NCBI GenBank assembly: GCA_018830005.1
Contig: JAHJTE010000003.1
Span: 199,674 to 263,673 of the forward strand
Length of the DNA: 64,000 nt
From: Candidatus Omnitrophota bacterium
Lineage (GTDB): Bacteria > Omnitrophota > Gorgyraeia > JAHJTE01
Direction: 5' to 3'
Shown here piece after piece: positions 9,785 to 18,597 of this stretch. The first letter of the stretch is position 1; each line of letters opens with the position of its first letter. Position numbers and translations under genes: made by a program. The notes below the pieces were generated by a model that ran no database searches, was not told where the DNA came from, and was given only the letters and a program-made list of their open reading frames with translations.

Positions 9785-11077
9785 TTAGGCTTCTCTTAAA
9801 TAACCCCATGTATGCAGTTTATCTGAATCTTCAAACCATCTATTCCCTATATCTGTACGGTAATACATATTGGGTATTATGATATTCTTTATTCTGCTAT
9901 AGGCCTGAGATTGAGCTTGCTTCATAGTCTGGCCAATACCAACTACTACAAGGACCACCCCCATAGTACCAGCAACAAGCCATTGTCCATCTATATTCTT
10001 TACATCTTCAATATGAATGCCATCGTAATACTGCTTCTTAAAAAGTATAGCGGCATTATTTGAATACCTATCAAAAGTGTCTTCGTCTTTAAAAGGATAT
10101 GGGGGTACTACAATCCTCACGCCTACCTGAAATCCTTTTTTTGTTTTGAATTCTTTTAAATTGCCGCAAGCTAAATTAAATAAAAATTCAGCCATAGGCA
10201 TTTGGATGCCTTCCTGCTGAATAAATATAGTAGGGTAACCAAAACGAGCCGTAAATTCTAAAGGATAAATACCATTTGCATTAACTATGCAATTAATATC
10301 TATATATCCTGCGTATCTCTCTTTCCTTAATTTACTTTCCAGTCTAGCTAATGTGGCATTAAAAAGCCTATTGGCCTTACTCCAATACATAGAAGTACCC
10401 ATCTCACCTGTAGATGGGCCTATCTGGCCAGGGAAAAGCTTTTTGTGTTCAAAATTTATGTTAATGGGGTGGACGAATTGCGAACCGTTAAAAAAAGCCC
10501 CAACAGCTATTTCAACGCCAGTCACTCGTCTTTGAAGTTGAAAAACTTTTATGTCATCTGTAGAAACCTTTCTGTAGGCCTCCAAGACTTTAATCACATC
10601 TTTGCCATCTTCTTCTTCACCTACAAATAACATTCTCTTTAAATTTTGTGCCTCTCCGCTTGGTTTTATTACATATCTGTTTGGGTTTTTTTCTACATAT
10701 CCTATTGCATCTGTAAAATCACTAAATTCCTTATAAGGTAATATGCTAATCCCCGTTCGCTTTAATTCTTCTTGACCAAAGGTCCTATCATCTTCGAGTC
10801 TATCCGTATATTCTGTGCCACCGATTACGAATTTTCCGTTTTTCCTTAAATTTTGCGCCTCTTTACCCAATCCTAAAACATCATCAAAAATTACAACATC
10901 AGCCCAATCAACTTCCTTTCTCCAATCCTCAACTTTAGGAACGAACCCATCTGCTATATCCTGATTGCTCTCATTTCTTATAAAATATCTTGCTTCATGT
11001 CCTTCTTTGATAACTTGCCAGGCAATATCACCAATAAATCCATCCAAGGATACAAAAAGGAATTTTTTCTTATCCAT
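9785..11077 (-). CDS. ATP-grasp enzyme, phosphoribosylamine–glycine ligase (PurD)-like but divergent
   Basis: 430 aa. PGQIGPSTGEMG aligns with PurD TGPNTGGMG. LEFTARFGYPT aligns with IEFNCRFGDPE. VAGT and RTDIGNRW resemble the PurD C-terminus. The N-terminus lacks the canonical GNGGREHA motif. Confidence 0.55.
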   Translation of the reverse strand: MDKKKFLFVSLDGFIGDIAWQVIKEGHEARYFIRNESNQDIADGFVPKVEDWRKEVDWADVVIFDDVLGLGKEAQNLRKNGKFVIGGTEYTDRLEDDRTFGQEELKRTGISILPYKEFSDFTDAIGYVEKNPNRYVIKPSGEAQNLKRMLFVGEEEDGKDVIKVLEAYRKVSTDDIKVFQLQRRVTGVEIAVGAFFNGSQFVHPININFEHKKLFPGQIGPSTGEMGTSMYWSKANRLFNATLARLESKLRKERYAGYIDINCIVNANGIYPLEFTARFGYPTIFIQQEGIQMPMAEFLFNLACGNLKEFKTKKGFQVGVRIVVPPYPFKDEDTFDRYSNNAAILFKKQYYDGIHIEDVKNIDGQWLVAGTMGVVLVVVGIGQTMKQAQSQAYSRIKNIIIPNMYYRTDIGNRWFEDSDKLHTWGYLREA

Positions 11078-11097
11078 TTCCTATATCTCCATTTAGC

Positions 11098-12141
11098 TTA
11101 AGGATAACCCTGCCTTAACAAAGACGACGGGACACTTAAGCCTTTTAATTCAATAGTAGCGCCTTTAAGGAAAACTTTATATCTTCTATCCACTGACTTC
11201 TTATGAATAAAATCATAAGTTTTCTCTACAATATGGCGCGTAATATATTTAACTATATTATCAGGTAGCCCGCTGCTTGTTTCGGATTTTGTATTTAAGC
11301 AGCATTGATCATTGATATAATCTATACATACAAAACGTCTCCTATCTTTCTTTTTATCAATTGCTATCTCGCTAGAAAACCAGACCATTTTTGACAAAGA
11401 TGCGATCTTTGCAACTATCTCTACAAGCTTAAGAAAATCATGAGTATAAAATTCTTTTTCGCTAACATGTTCGTAGATATTTGTCTGGTCATCCCACCAA
11501 CAAGGTATTATAGCATCAAAGACATGCAATAGGCGAAACCAGGCACGCTTATTGCCAAGCCTTATAGGAATAATTTTCTCTTGAAGCAAAAAATTATCTT
11601 CATAATCAAAACTGCGCGCTTTTGCAATCTCTTCTATAGTTCCGCGAGCATCTTTAATTAATCCCTTCTGTCCGTATCCGCAAGCAGGTTTTATTATAAA
11701 TGGTATTCCCAGCCTCTTTTTTGTCTCTTGAGCTAGTCCTCTATTTCTAGGCTCCCAACTACGAACTATAACTGTATAGGGAGTTTGAATTCCTGCGTTA
11801 ATAAGTTCAAAATGAGAAACAGACTTGTCTATAGCTATCCTTGTTCTATCCGGATCATTAATAATTGCCGCCCCTGCATCCTTGGCAGCATAACATAGCT
11901 TAGCGTATATATCTCCTTTTTTATTATATGTCGCCTCGCCGTCAAGAAGAGCATCTATCTTCAATCTATTCTCTTTAAGTTGCTTGATTATTGAAATGAT
12001 ATTTTTTTTGTTTATCCATAAAAAAGAAAGCTTGCGGTCTTCACAAGCTTTCTTAAGAAGCGTTATAAATTGCTCCTCTAATGTATCCTTCCAATTTAGA
12101 GCAAAATTATAATTATACATATGGCTATCAGCACCCTTCAA
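11098..12141 (-). CDS. ATP-grasp family ligase (RimK / glutathione-synthetase-like)
   Basis: 347 aa. IPFIIKPACGYGQKGLI resembles an ATP-grasp nucleotide-binding loop. Substrate unknown. Confidence 0.5.
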   Translation of the reverse strand: MKGADSHMYNYNFALNWKDTLEEQFITLLKKACEDRKLSFLWINKKNIISIIKQLKENRLKIDALLDGEATYNKKGDIYAKLCYAAKDAGAAIINDPDRTRIAIDKSVSHFELINAGIQTPYTVIVRSWEPRNRGLAQETKKRLGIPFIIKPACGYGQKGLIKDARGTIEEIAKARSFDYEDNFLLQEKIIPIRLGNKRAWFRLLHVFDAIIPCWWDDQTNIYEHVSEKEFYTHDFLKLVEIVAKIASLSKMVWFSSEIAIDKKKDRRRFVCIDYINDQCCLNTKSETSSGLPDNIVKYITRHIVEKTYDFIHKKSVDRRYKVFLKGATIELKGLSVPSSLLRQGYP

Positions 12142-12226
12142 AACTTTTACTCACCGGTGCCTAACTTTATAATATAGACTTACTCACTCTAAGTCATAGA
12201 TAGAGACAAAATTTCCGCTGAGAACA

Positions 12227-13168
12227 TCATGAAGCATCTTCTTTCAATAACCTAATTGCTAAATAATAAATCTTATCATCCAATTGTTTAATTATTCGAT
12301 ACTGCTCTTTTAATCTGTCTATGCTTCCATTTATCTTAAAATTGAGCAAACTATCTTTGTAGCCACAATAACTAGATAAAACTCCTAGCCAAAACATAAA
12401 TTTACCCTTTAAATTTTGATTTTCGACTAAAGAAAGCAGAAACTTTTCTGCTTGAGAAGCAAGAGGGGACGAAGTTTTCTTAAACCATCTAATTGTAGCA
12501 TATAGATAACCCAATTCCCAAAAACAATTAACAGTATCGCAGAAGTAGTCAAAGTCGGTAGTCAAAGCTTCAATTTTACTTTCGCTTCTTACAATTCTAA
12601 AATTCCATATATGAGGGTCTTCTATGCCACAACCATAAATGAATTTAATATTTGATTTCTCAAGTTTATCTATAATAGCCCTAACCTTGGGTAAAAATTC
12701 AAAATCTTCTGAGAATTCTTTGCTCAACTGAAGTGAGGCTTTAATATTTGCGGGAGCAAGGAATTCCTTATAGTCTAGATTAATAGAATTGATATCTCGA
12801 AGATAGCTATAAACTGAAGTCAGACTCATAATAATATCAGAGGGATTATTTAGTAAATAATCAGATAGAAATTCACCTATATAATCACAGATCACAGTCT
12901 TATCTTTAGGATATATCATTGTAATTTCAGGACATATCTTATTGATACACTTTAAATAGGTTGTAATCTCAAGAAGCCTTAAATAATCATCTAGCTTTGC
13001 ATAGGTCGTGGATACATATTGCCTAGAATCTCCATTTAAAATGCTACAGACTATCTTAGTATGCCATCTGTTCTTATTGTTTAAGACTTCCTTAAGGAAA
13101 TAACCATATCCTTCTAAGGGGAAAACTAATTGCAAAGTTGAATTCGCTAAAATTTCCATTTTATCCAT
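12227..13168 (-). CDS. Hypothetical protein with a protein-kinase-like (APH/CHK-type phosphotransferase) catalytic core
   Basis: 313 aa. YGCGIEDPHIWNFRIV resembles the HGDxxxxN catalytic loop. Downstream TDFDYF resembles the DFG/DxE metal-binding motif. Confidence 0.35.
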   Translation of the reverse strand: MDKMEILANSTLQLVFPLEGYGYFLKEVLNNKNRWHTKIVCSILNGDSRQYVSTTYAKLDDYLRLLEITTYLKCINKICPEITMIYPKDKTVICDYIGEFLSDYLLNNPSDIIMSLTSVYSYLRDINSINLDYKEFLAPANIKASLQLSKEFSEDFEFLPKVRAIIDKLEKSNIKFIYGCGIEDPHIWNFRIVRSESKIEALTTDFDYFCDTVNCFWELGYLYATIRWFKKTSSPLASQAEKFLLSLVENQNLKGKFMFWLGVLSSYCGYKDSLLNFKINGSIDRLKEQYRIIKQLDDKIYYLAIRLLKEDAS

Positions 13169-13193
13169 AATTAACTTTTTGCCTTTAGCCTCT

Positions 13194-13592
13194 TTAATAT
13201 TCTATTTCTATGGAAGGCTCTTCGCTTTCTGAATTCTCTATTTCTGAAGATTTGTATTCCTCTTCATAAGATTCCTTATAAACGATGATAATCTTGGCTA
13301 CCCTTTTCTCGTCTCTAATTATATAATCAATACCGACATTGTCACCCATATTGATGTTCTCAAGCGAATCTACGTTGCTTAACTCTGTTGCAGGATCTAT
13401 AACGTAGGTAGTATCTATTTCCTGCTCATTAATATAATCATATTCAGTCACTGTGATATAATCAGGGGAAACGCTTTTTACTATGCCGTAGATATATCCT
13501 ATTTCCTCCTCCTGAGCAAACAATACGCCGCAAATCGAAACCATCATTAAACTCAACGTCAATACTAGAACAACTAATAAGTCTCTGCTCAT
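13194..13592 (-). CDS. Secreted or membrane-anchored acidic protein, hypothetical
   Basis: 132 aa. N-terminal signal or anchor LLVVLVLTLSLMMVSICGVLFA. Very acidic C-terminus (SEIENSESEEPSIEIEY). Confidence 0.5.
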   Translation of the reverse strand: MSRDLLVVLVLTLSLMMVSICGVLFAQEEEIGYIYGIVKSVSPDYITVTEYDYINEQEIDTTYVIDPATELSNVDSLENINMGDNVGIDYIIRDEKRVAKIIIVYKESYEEEYKSSEIENSESEEPSIEIEY

Positions 13593-13619
13593 TGCTTTTT
13601 GTCTCCTCTTGCGATTTTT

Positions 13620-13958
13620 TTATTTTCGGTCTGTTTTTAATTTGCTTAACTTAGCTAAATCTTGCTTAAAAATCTCTAATTGCGCTAATCCTATCGTGAT
13701 AGAGTTAAGCAATGAATTGTAGGCCTTATCTTGTGACCTCAACAAGCGATAATAAACGTTTAAGCCTCTTCGTTTATCTGATGCCAGACCCGTCAAACGT
13801 AATCGAGTCAAATGTTTAGATATATTTGGCTGAGCTTTATTTAGTATTTTACAAAGCTCACTAACAGTTAACTCTTTTTTGCTTAATAGATTTATAATTC
13901 TGAGGCGAGTGTCATCAGCTAAAGATTTTAATATTTGGCGCGCTTTTTTAAGTTGCAT
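13620..13958 (-). CDS. ArsR/SmtB-family winged-helix transcriptional regulator
   Basis: 112 aa. LADDTRLRIINLL...LTVSELCKILNKAQPNISKHLTRLRLTGL matches the ArsR HTH. Confidence 0.8.
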   Translation of the reverse strand: MQLKKARQILKSLADDTRLRIINLLSKKELTVSELCKILNKAQPNISKHLTRLRLTGLASDKRRGLNVYYRLLRSQDKAYNSLLNSITIGLAQLEIFKQDLAKLSKLKTDRK

Positions 13959-14035
13959 ATACCACCTTCTTACTCTCTTAAAAAATCTAGATTAGATATT
14001 TTAATCTTGAGAATAAAGACGTCTTATTTTTCATA

Positions 14036-15223
14036 TTATGATTTACTTAGGATTTTTTTGTAAACTTCTATGGTATTCTCTGTCATAACCTCCTTCGTAT
14101 ATTTTTCATTCACAAGAGTCCTGCCATTTTCTCCTAGTTCGGTTCGCAATTTTTTGTCTCTTAAAAGTAGGAGGCATTTTTCAGCAAGTTCTCTATAGTC
14201 TCTTATTTTAATAATAAACCCATTATGGCCATCTTTAATAATCTCGGGCATGCCCCCCGCTGCTGTAATAATTATTGGAATGCCGATCGCTAATGATTCT
14301 AGTATTGTTATACCAAAAGGCTCTTGTGAATTAGAAGGGTACATACACACATCTGCAATATTATAAAATTGGGGCATAATATCATATGGTATCATATCTA
14401 CAAATAGATTCTTTTCTACATGTATTTTTTTTGCCAGATGAACTAAATAGGCAATATCTTTCTGTTGGGTTGCACCCCAGTCTATAATATGTTTTGTCCC
14501 TGTAAGTATAAGTAGGATATTCGGCATTGATTTCTTTATTATTCTCAAGGCTTTAATACTCACATCGCAGCCTTTGGCTAATCCTAATCTTGCCGGATGA
14601 AAAATAATTCTGCGATTCTTAAGCGCAGGGTATTTGTTGAGAATTTGGACGCAATCTTTCTTTTTAAATTTATCCACATCTACCCCATGATAAACAACCG
14701 TAATTTTATTATCCGGGATACCGATACCCATAAGTTCAAACTTTATATATTCACTTACTGCAATAATATGGTCCCAGCCAATATTCAAAGTCAGGTCTAA
14801 AAAATTACCTTCATCCCATACATTATGCGCAGTCAAGACAAGTGGAATACTATGCGATTTTGCATAGGTGCTTAAAACTTCAGCATGAAGTTTACTAAAA
14901 TAATGCATATTGTGGGCGTGGATTATATCCGGCTTTGTCGTGTCCAGAAACATATTGATCAAATCCCTAATTTCTTTTTCTAGTCCTTCAAGTCCTCTCT
15001 CGAATAGCCAATTAAGATCGAATAAAGGAGAGCGTTTTATAGTCATGCCCTTATATTCATAGTCTACTCTTTCATTGGCAACAGTCCCTGTCAAAAGATT
15101 AACCGCATATCCTCTTTCTACTAGTGTTGGGCCCAATAAAGACAAATGGGTTTCCACGCCACCTATAATCGGCGGGAAACCCCAATGTAGCATTGCAATT
15201 TTCCCCTTACGTGCTTTCTTCAA
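14036..15223 (-). CDS. Glycosyltransferase family 4 (GT-B fold)
   Basis: 395 aa. C-terminal EPFGITILESLAIGIPII..AAGGMPEII is the canonical GT4/GT1 donor-binding motif. Confidence 0.8.
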   Translation of the reverse strand: MKKARKGKIAMLHWGFPPIIGGVETHLSLLGPTLVERGYAVNLLTGTVANERVDYEYKGMTIKRSPLFDLNWLFERGLEGLEKEIRDLINMFLDTTKPDIIHAHNMHYFSKLHAEVLSTYAKSHSIPLVLTAHNVWDEGNFLDLTLNIGWDHIIAVSEYIKFELMGIGIPDNKITVVYHGVDVDKFKKKDCVQILNKYPALKNRRIIFHPARLGLAKGCDVSIKALRIIKKSMPNILLILTGTKHIIDWGATQQKDIAYLVHLAKKIHVEKNLFVDMIPYDIMPQFYNIADVCMYPSNSQEPFGITILESLAIGIPIIITAAGGMPEIIKDGHNGFIIKIRDYRELAEKCLLLLRDKKLRTELGENGRTLVNEKYTKEVMTENTIEVYKKILSKS

Positions 15224-15305
15224 GAATTATACGGAAAAGAGCATAATTAGCTCTTGTTCCACCCTTAAAAAATCTAATAATAGTTACGATTAAACAGGAA
15301 AATTT

Positions 15306-15449
15306 TCATAAAATTGGCCTATATAATTTATCTAGGAGCTCTCTCGTTAAACGGCGCTTCTCCTCGTTGCTTTCGGTGCTGCTTTTGATAATGAGTTTCT
15401 GACGCCTTACATATTTCCTTAACCCCTGCGACAATCGCTTCTTACCCAT
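15306..15449 (-). CDS. Unannotated small basic protein (47 aa): MGKKRLSQGLRKYVRRQKLIIKSSTESNEEKRRLTRELLDKLYRPIL
   Basis: Hand-translated. A minus-strand promoter-like TTGACA-18-TATTAT lies about 50 bp upstream in an AT-rich intergenic region. Confidence 0.35.
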   Translation of the reverse strand: MGKKRLSQGLRKYVRRQKLIIKSSTESNEEKRRLTRELLDKLYRPIL

Positions 15450-15613
15450 GGCATTTAACTTTCTTATAAAGTTCTAATAATATATGTAACTATATGAGTA
15501 TATGTACATATAATATAAATAAAAAATTGGTTTTGTCAAGTAAATTTTAGCTTTGTCTAGGCTACCGGCTACCCTTAGGAAAACTCCCTTTAATCATATT
15601 ATAAAAAAGCTCT

Positions 15614-15823
15614 CTACTGCGTGTCTTCTCTACTAGACGCACCTCTTCTATTTTTGTCAATAAGATCAAAAAACCGACTTCTCCAGGCAGGATTAATTAA
15701 TGCTCCGTCAGCACTAAAGAAAATCACAAGTATAATAAATAGCGAAGGAGTGACGATCTTAAAAAAAGCAATAACTGCTAGAATTAATACTATCACTCCT
15801 TGGAAAAAAGTAAAAATTAACAC
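15614..15823 (-). CDS. Small hydrophobic membrane protein, hypothetical
   Basis: 69 aa with two TM segments. It is co-oriented and immediately downstream of the gene at 15858..16577. Confidence 0.35.
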   Translation of the reverse strand: MLIFTFFQGVIVLILAVIAFFKIVTPSLFIILVIFFSADGALINPAWRSRFFDLIDKNRRGASSREDTQ

Positions 15824-15857
15824 GATCTTTTTTCTTGAGCGTAAACTAGCGATAATA

Positions 15858-16577
15858 TCAGCGCTCCAAGCAGACAGCCTTTCTTATATTCTCAAGTTTC
15901 CCAAAACATATAATTCTGTCGCCTAAATTAAATTTCTCATTTGCAGAAGGATTGGGAATTGTTGCTCCCTCTCTTTCTATAGCCAAAACATTAATATCCC
16001 TCACTCTTAAATCAGACTCCATAATTGTTTTATTCTTTATAGGACTATCTTTGCAAATTTCAATCTGGCTTATTCCATAGCCACCGGTTGCGACAACAAG
16101 CTCCTCAAAAGATACAGGCTTAACCAACTCTTTCTTTACAATATTTCTTCTTAAAAAATCTGTTAGTTTCCTGGCAAATTTAGTGCGAGTAAATACTTTA
16201 TAAATAACATAAACTGAAATTAAAATAATCGCAAGATTAACTAAGGGCAAAAAACTCACTGGTAAAACTAAATGTAAAATTGGGATTGTAAACTTTGGTA
16301 TAACAGTAGTTACTCTTAGAGAATTAGCAAAAGTAGCAATTAGTGTCACAAGACCGGCATTTCCTAATACCATAAGTACTGAAGCAATTCTGCGCCTTTG
16401 AGGATTTCCCGTAATAGATTCTGCTTCTTTTGTAGTAAAGCCTGTTCCAGTAAAACAAGATAGTGCCTGAAACTTAGCCAAAGACCATTCTAAGCCTGTT
16501 AATTGAAAAGCAATAGCCCCAATTCTTACTGCTATGAAAGAAATAATAATCGCGACTATGAATAATAATAAATTCAT
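15858..16577 (-). CDS. Membrane protein with C-terminal TrkA-C (RCK_C) domain; putative transporter or channel component
   Basis: 239 aa with N-terminal TM helices. The C-terminal LRVRDINVLAIEREGATIPNPSANEKFNLGDRIICFG resembles TrkA-C. Confidence 0.45.
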   Translation of the reverse strand: MNLLLFIVAIIISFIAVRIGAIAFQLTGLEWSLAKFQALSCFTGTGFTTKEAESITGNPQRRRIASVLMVLGNAGLVTLIATFANSLRVTTVIPKFTIPILHLVLPVSFLPLVNLAIILISVYVIYKVFTRTKFARKLTDFLRRNIVKKELVKPVSFEELVVATGGYGISQIEICKDSPIKNKTIMESDLRVRDINVLAIEREGATIPNPSANEKFNLGDRIICFGKLENIRKAVCLER

Positions 16578-16668
16578 ACTATCTCCTTTTTATAAAAGAG
16601 ACGGCTCAGCCTCTTTAGTTGATACCCACCTTAGCTGAACACAAAAAACTACAGAAATACTAAATTTT

Positions 16669-17064
16669 TTAATCTTTCTCGAAAATTTTAATTGTTCTTA
16701 CCTGTGTATCGCTTGAGGACGGTTCTTCAAGCTCATAGGAAGACTGTGCAAAAATCTTTACCTTATTCCATCTGCTAACCTTTCCGTTTAAAAATAGCAC
16801 CCGATAATAATAAGAACCCATGGGTTTAAATTTGCCAGCCCATAATCTTTGAATAGGATAATTCCAAACCTCATACTCCTCCTTATCAATACTTATTGTG
16901 CTTCTTGCTTTAGGCTCTCCTATTAGCTTTATTACTTCTTCCTTACTCATCTCTCGTTTAATTCCCCTGATCTCCAGCTCTCCATCATTTATACTTTGAA
17001 AGCCAACGGCGCATCCATAAAGGCCTAACAACAACACTAAAAGTACTAACATCTGTCTCTTCAT
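16669..17064 (-). CDS. bamE: BamE/SmpA-OmlA-like lipoprotein
   Basis: Lipoprotein signal LLLGLYGC. Body MSKEEVIKLIGEPKARS...EVWNY fits the SmpA_OmlA fold pattern. Confidence 0.5.
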   Translation of the reverse strand: MKRQMLVLLVLLLGLYGCAVGFQSINDGELEIRGIKREMSKEEVIKLIGEPKARSTISIDKEEYEVWNYPIQRLWAGKFKPMGSYYYRVLFLNGKVSRWNKVKIFAQSSYELEEPSSSDTQVRTIKIFEKD

Positions 17065-17103
17065 CTTTAACCCCCCTTTTAAACTTAACTATAACAACCT
17101 ACT

Positions 17104-17304
17104 TTATTTTTCTTTTAGATAATGACTAGCCCATCCCACAATAAAGCCTATTGCTAGAGTTGAGAAAATTATAATCGCTCTGCTGGTTTGAAAAGACCAT
17201 AACAGAAACTTAATTTCAACAATCTCGTAATTTTGAGCTGCAAAAATTACTAAAACAAGCAGCAGAATCAATATGAGTATCAATTTCCAATTCATAATAG
17301 CCAC
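17104..17304 (-). CDS. LapA/YciS-like (DUF1049) small inner-membrane protein
   Basis: 66 aa with two TM helices flanking a short loop, in an OM-biogenesis neighbourhood. Confidence 0.5.
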   Translation of the reverse strand: MAIMNWKLILILILLLVLVIFAAQNYEIVEIKFLLWSFQTSRAIIIFSTLAIGFIVGWASHYLKEK

Positions 17305-17308
17305 CTCT

Positions 17309-18571
17309 TTAAAACTGCTTTTTAAACTTTAATAATAGTTTGTCGTCTGCTTGTGGCCCTTCCTCTTCTTTGGTAGATTCATTATATTTTGTTTCTCTTT
17401 CTCCTTCAACGGAAATACTCTCAGTTATTTTTTGACCTACACCTATTTTATGCGTTGTGTCTGCGCCTTCATCTCCCTCTTGAGTCTGTTCGATTCCATA
17501 ACTTACTTCTGTATTACCAGACACCTGTTTTGTGATTCCGATTCCTTTTGTTTTGCCATCAAATTTTACTGATATGCCAAATTGATTCGCTATTTTATTT
17601 CCGGCACCACCAAAGACAAGATAATCTATTAAATCACCTGCCAATTCAGGCGTTACTCTGCCTTCTGCTATGGCTGTCTCAGAACTCTTCCAACTCTTTC
17701 CCGTTGCCAACATAACTAACAGTTGTGCCTGCGACTTAGGCGGTTCTGATGCTAGCCTTATCTGGGGCTTCTCAATCGCCCCCCTCAATACTACTTGAAT
17801 CTTAACGCCTTCTACTACTGAATTGCCTTTAAAATCGATTACTGGCTTATTGGGTTTGCCTGAAAATAATATTTTACAGTAGGTTATATTCATAGTCGTG
17901 CTCCGTGCTGAAATCAGGCCCTGTTGGAGATTTAATTCTCCATTGAGTTTAATATTATTTTCAATATCTTTAATGCTTATGTTGAAAGCGCTAGGGCAAT
18001 TTAACAACGAGAAACCATCTCGCGAAAGCCTATCAATATGAAAGTGGCCGCTAAACTGCGGCTGTAAAAATGAACCTTTTATATAAACATCCAATTCGCT
18101 TATTGAACCTGATATATTTTCTAAGGCTTTATCTTTAACAAATAAATCAAGGGTCTGGCGAACGCCTAGATATTTAGAATATGCATTAATATCAAATAGG
18201 CCGTTTTTATACTCTCCATTAAAAAGCGTTGCCTCTGAATCAGGCAATCTTAGCCTCCCATTAAATATATCTACATATAACCCTGATAGATTAAAAGGGT
18301 TTATACTGAATTGGAGCTTTTGTATTTTAAGGGTACTGCCTTCAGGCAAATATTTTAAATCTTTAATTTCCACCTCATGAAAGTATAAGCCTTTAATTAA
18401 CGTCCCTTCTATTCTTTCGAAATTGACAGCTTTTGCTTGCAAATAGTGTCTTAGAAAAAAATTCACTATAAATGCCGAAGCCTTAGTTGTAAATAATAAC
18501 CAAAAGGTAAGCAGAAGAAAGGTTAAAATAAGAAAAATAATGCAAATAGATAGAGTTTTCTTAGTGGGCAT
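17309..18571 (-). CDS. AsmA/TamB-like protein (N-terminal anchor, C-terminal DUF490-like region)
   Basis: 420 aa with an N-terminal TM. The C-terminal PPKSQAQLLVMLATGKS resembles the TamB C-terminus. Much shorter than canonical TamB. Confidence 0.35.
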   Translation of the reverse strand: MPTKKTLSICIIFLILTFLLLTFWLLFTTKASAFIVNFFLRHYLQAKAVNFERIEGTLIKGLYFHEVEIKDLKYLPEGSTLKIQKLQFSINPFNLSGLYVDIFNGRLRLPDSEATLFNGEYKNGLFDINAYSKYLGVRQTLDLFVKDKALENISGSISELDVYIKGSFLQPQFSGHFHIDRLSRDGFSLLNCPSAFNISIKDIENNIKLNGELNLQQGLISARSTTMNITYCKILFSGKPNKPVIDFKGNSVVEGVKIQVVLRGAIEKPQIRLASEPPKSQAQLLVMLATGKSWKSSETAIAEGRVTPELAGDLIDYLVFGGAGNKIANQFGISVKFDGKTKGIGITKQVSGNTEVSYGIEQTQEGDEGADTTHKIGVGQKITESISVEGERETKYNESTKEEEGPQADDKLLLKFKKQF

Positions 18572-18597
18572 GTATTAAAAATTAATCTTGGGCTAGA

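Noticed and set aside
15858-16577. Initial impression of a K+ channel (FTGTGFT resembling a selectivity filter)
   Set aside because: The canonical T-V/I-G-Y/F-G filter is absent. It is annotated only as a TrkA-C-domain membrane protein.
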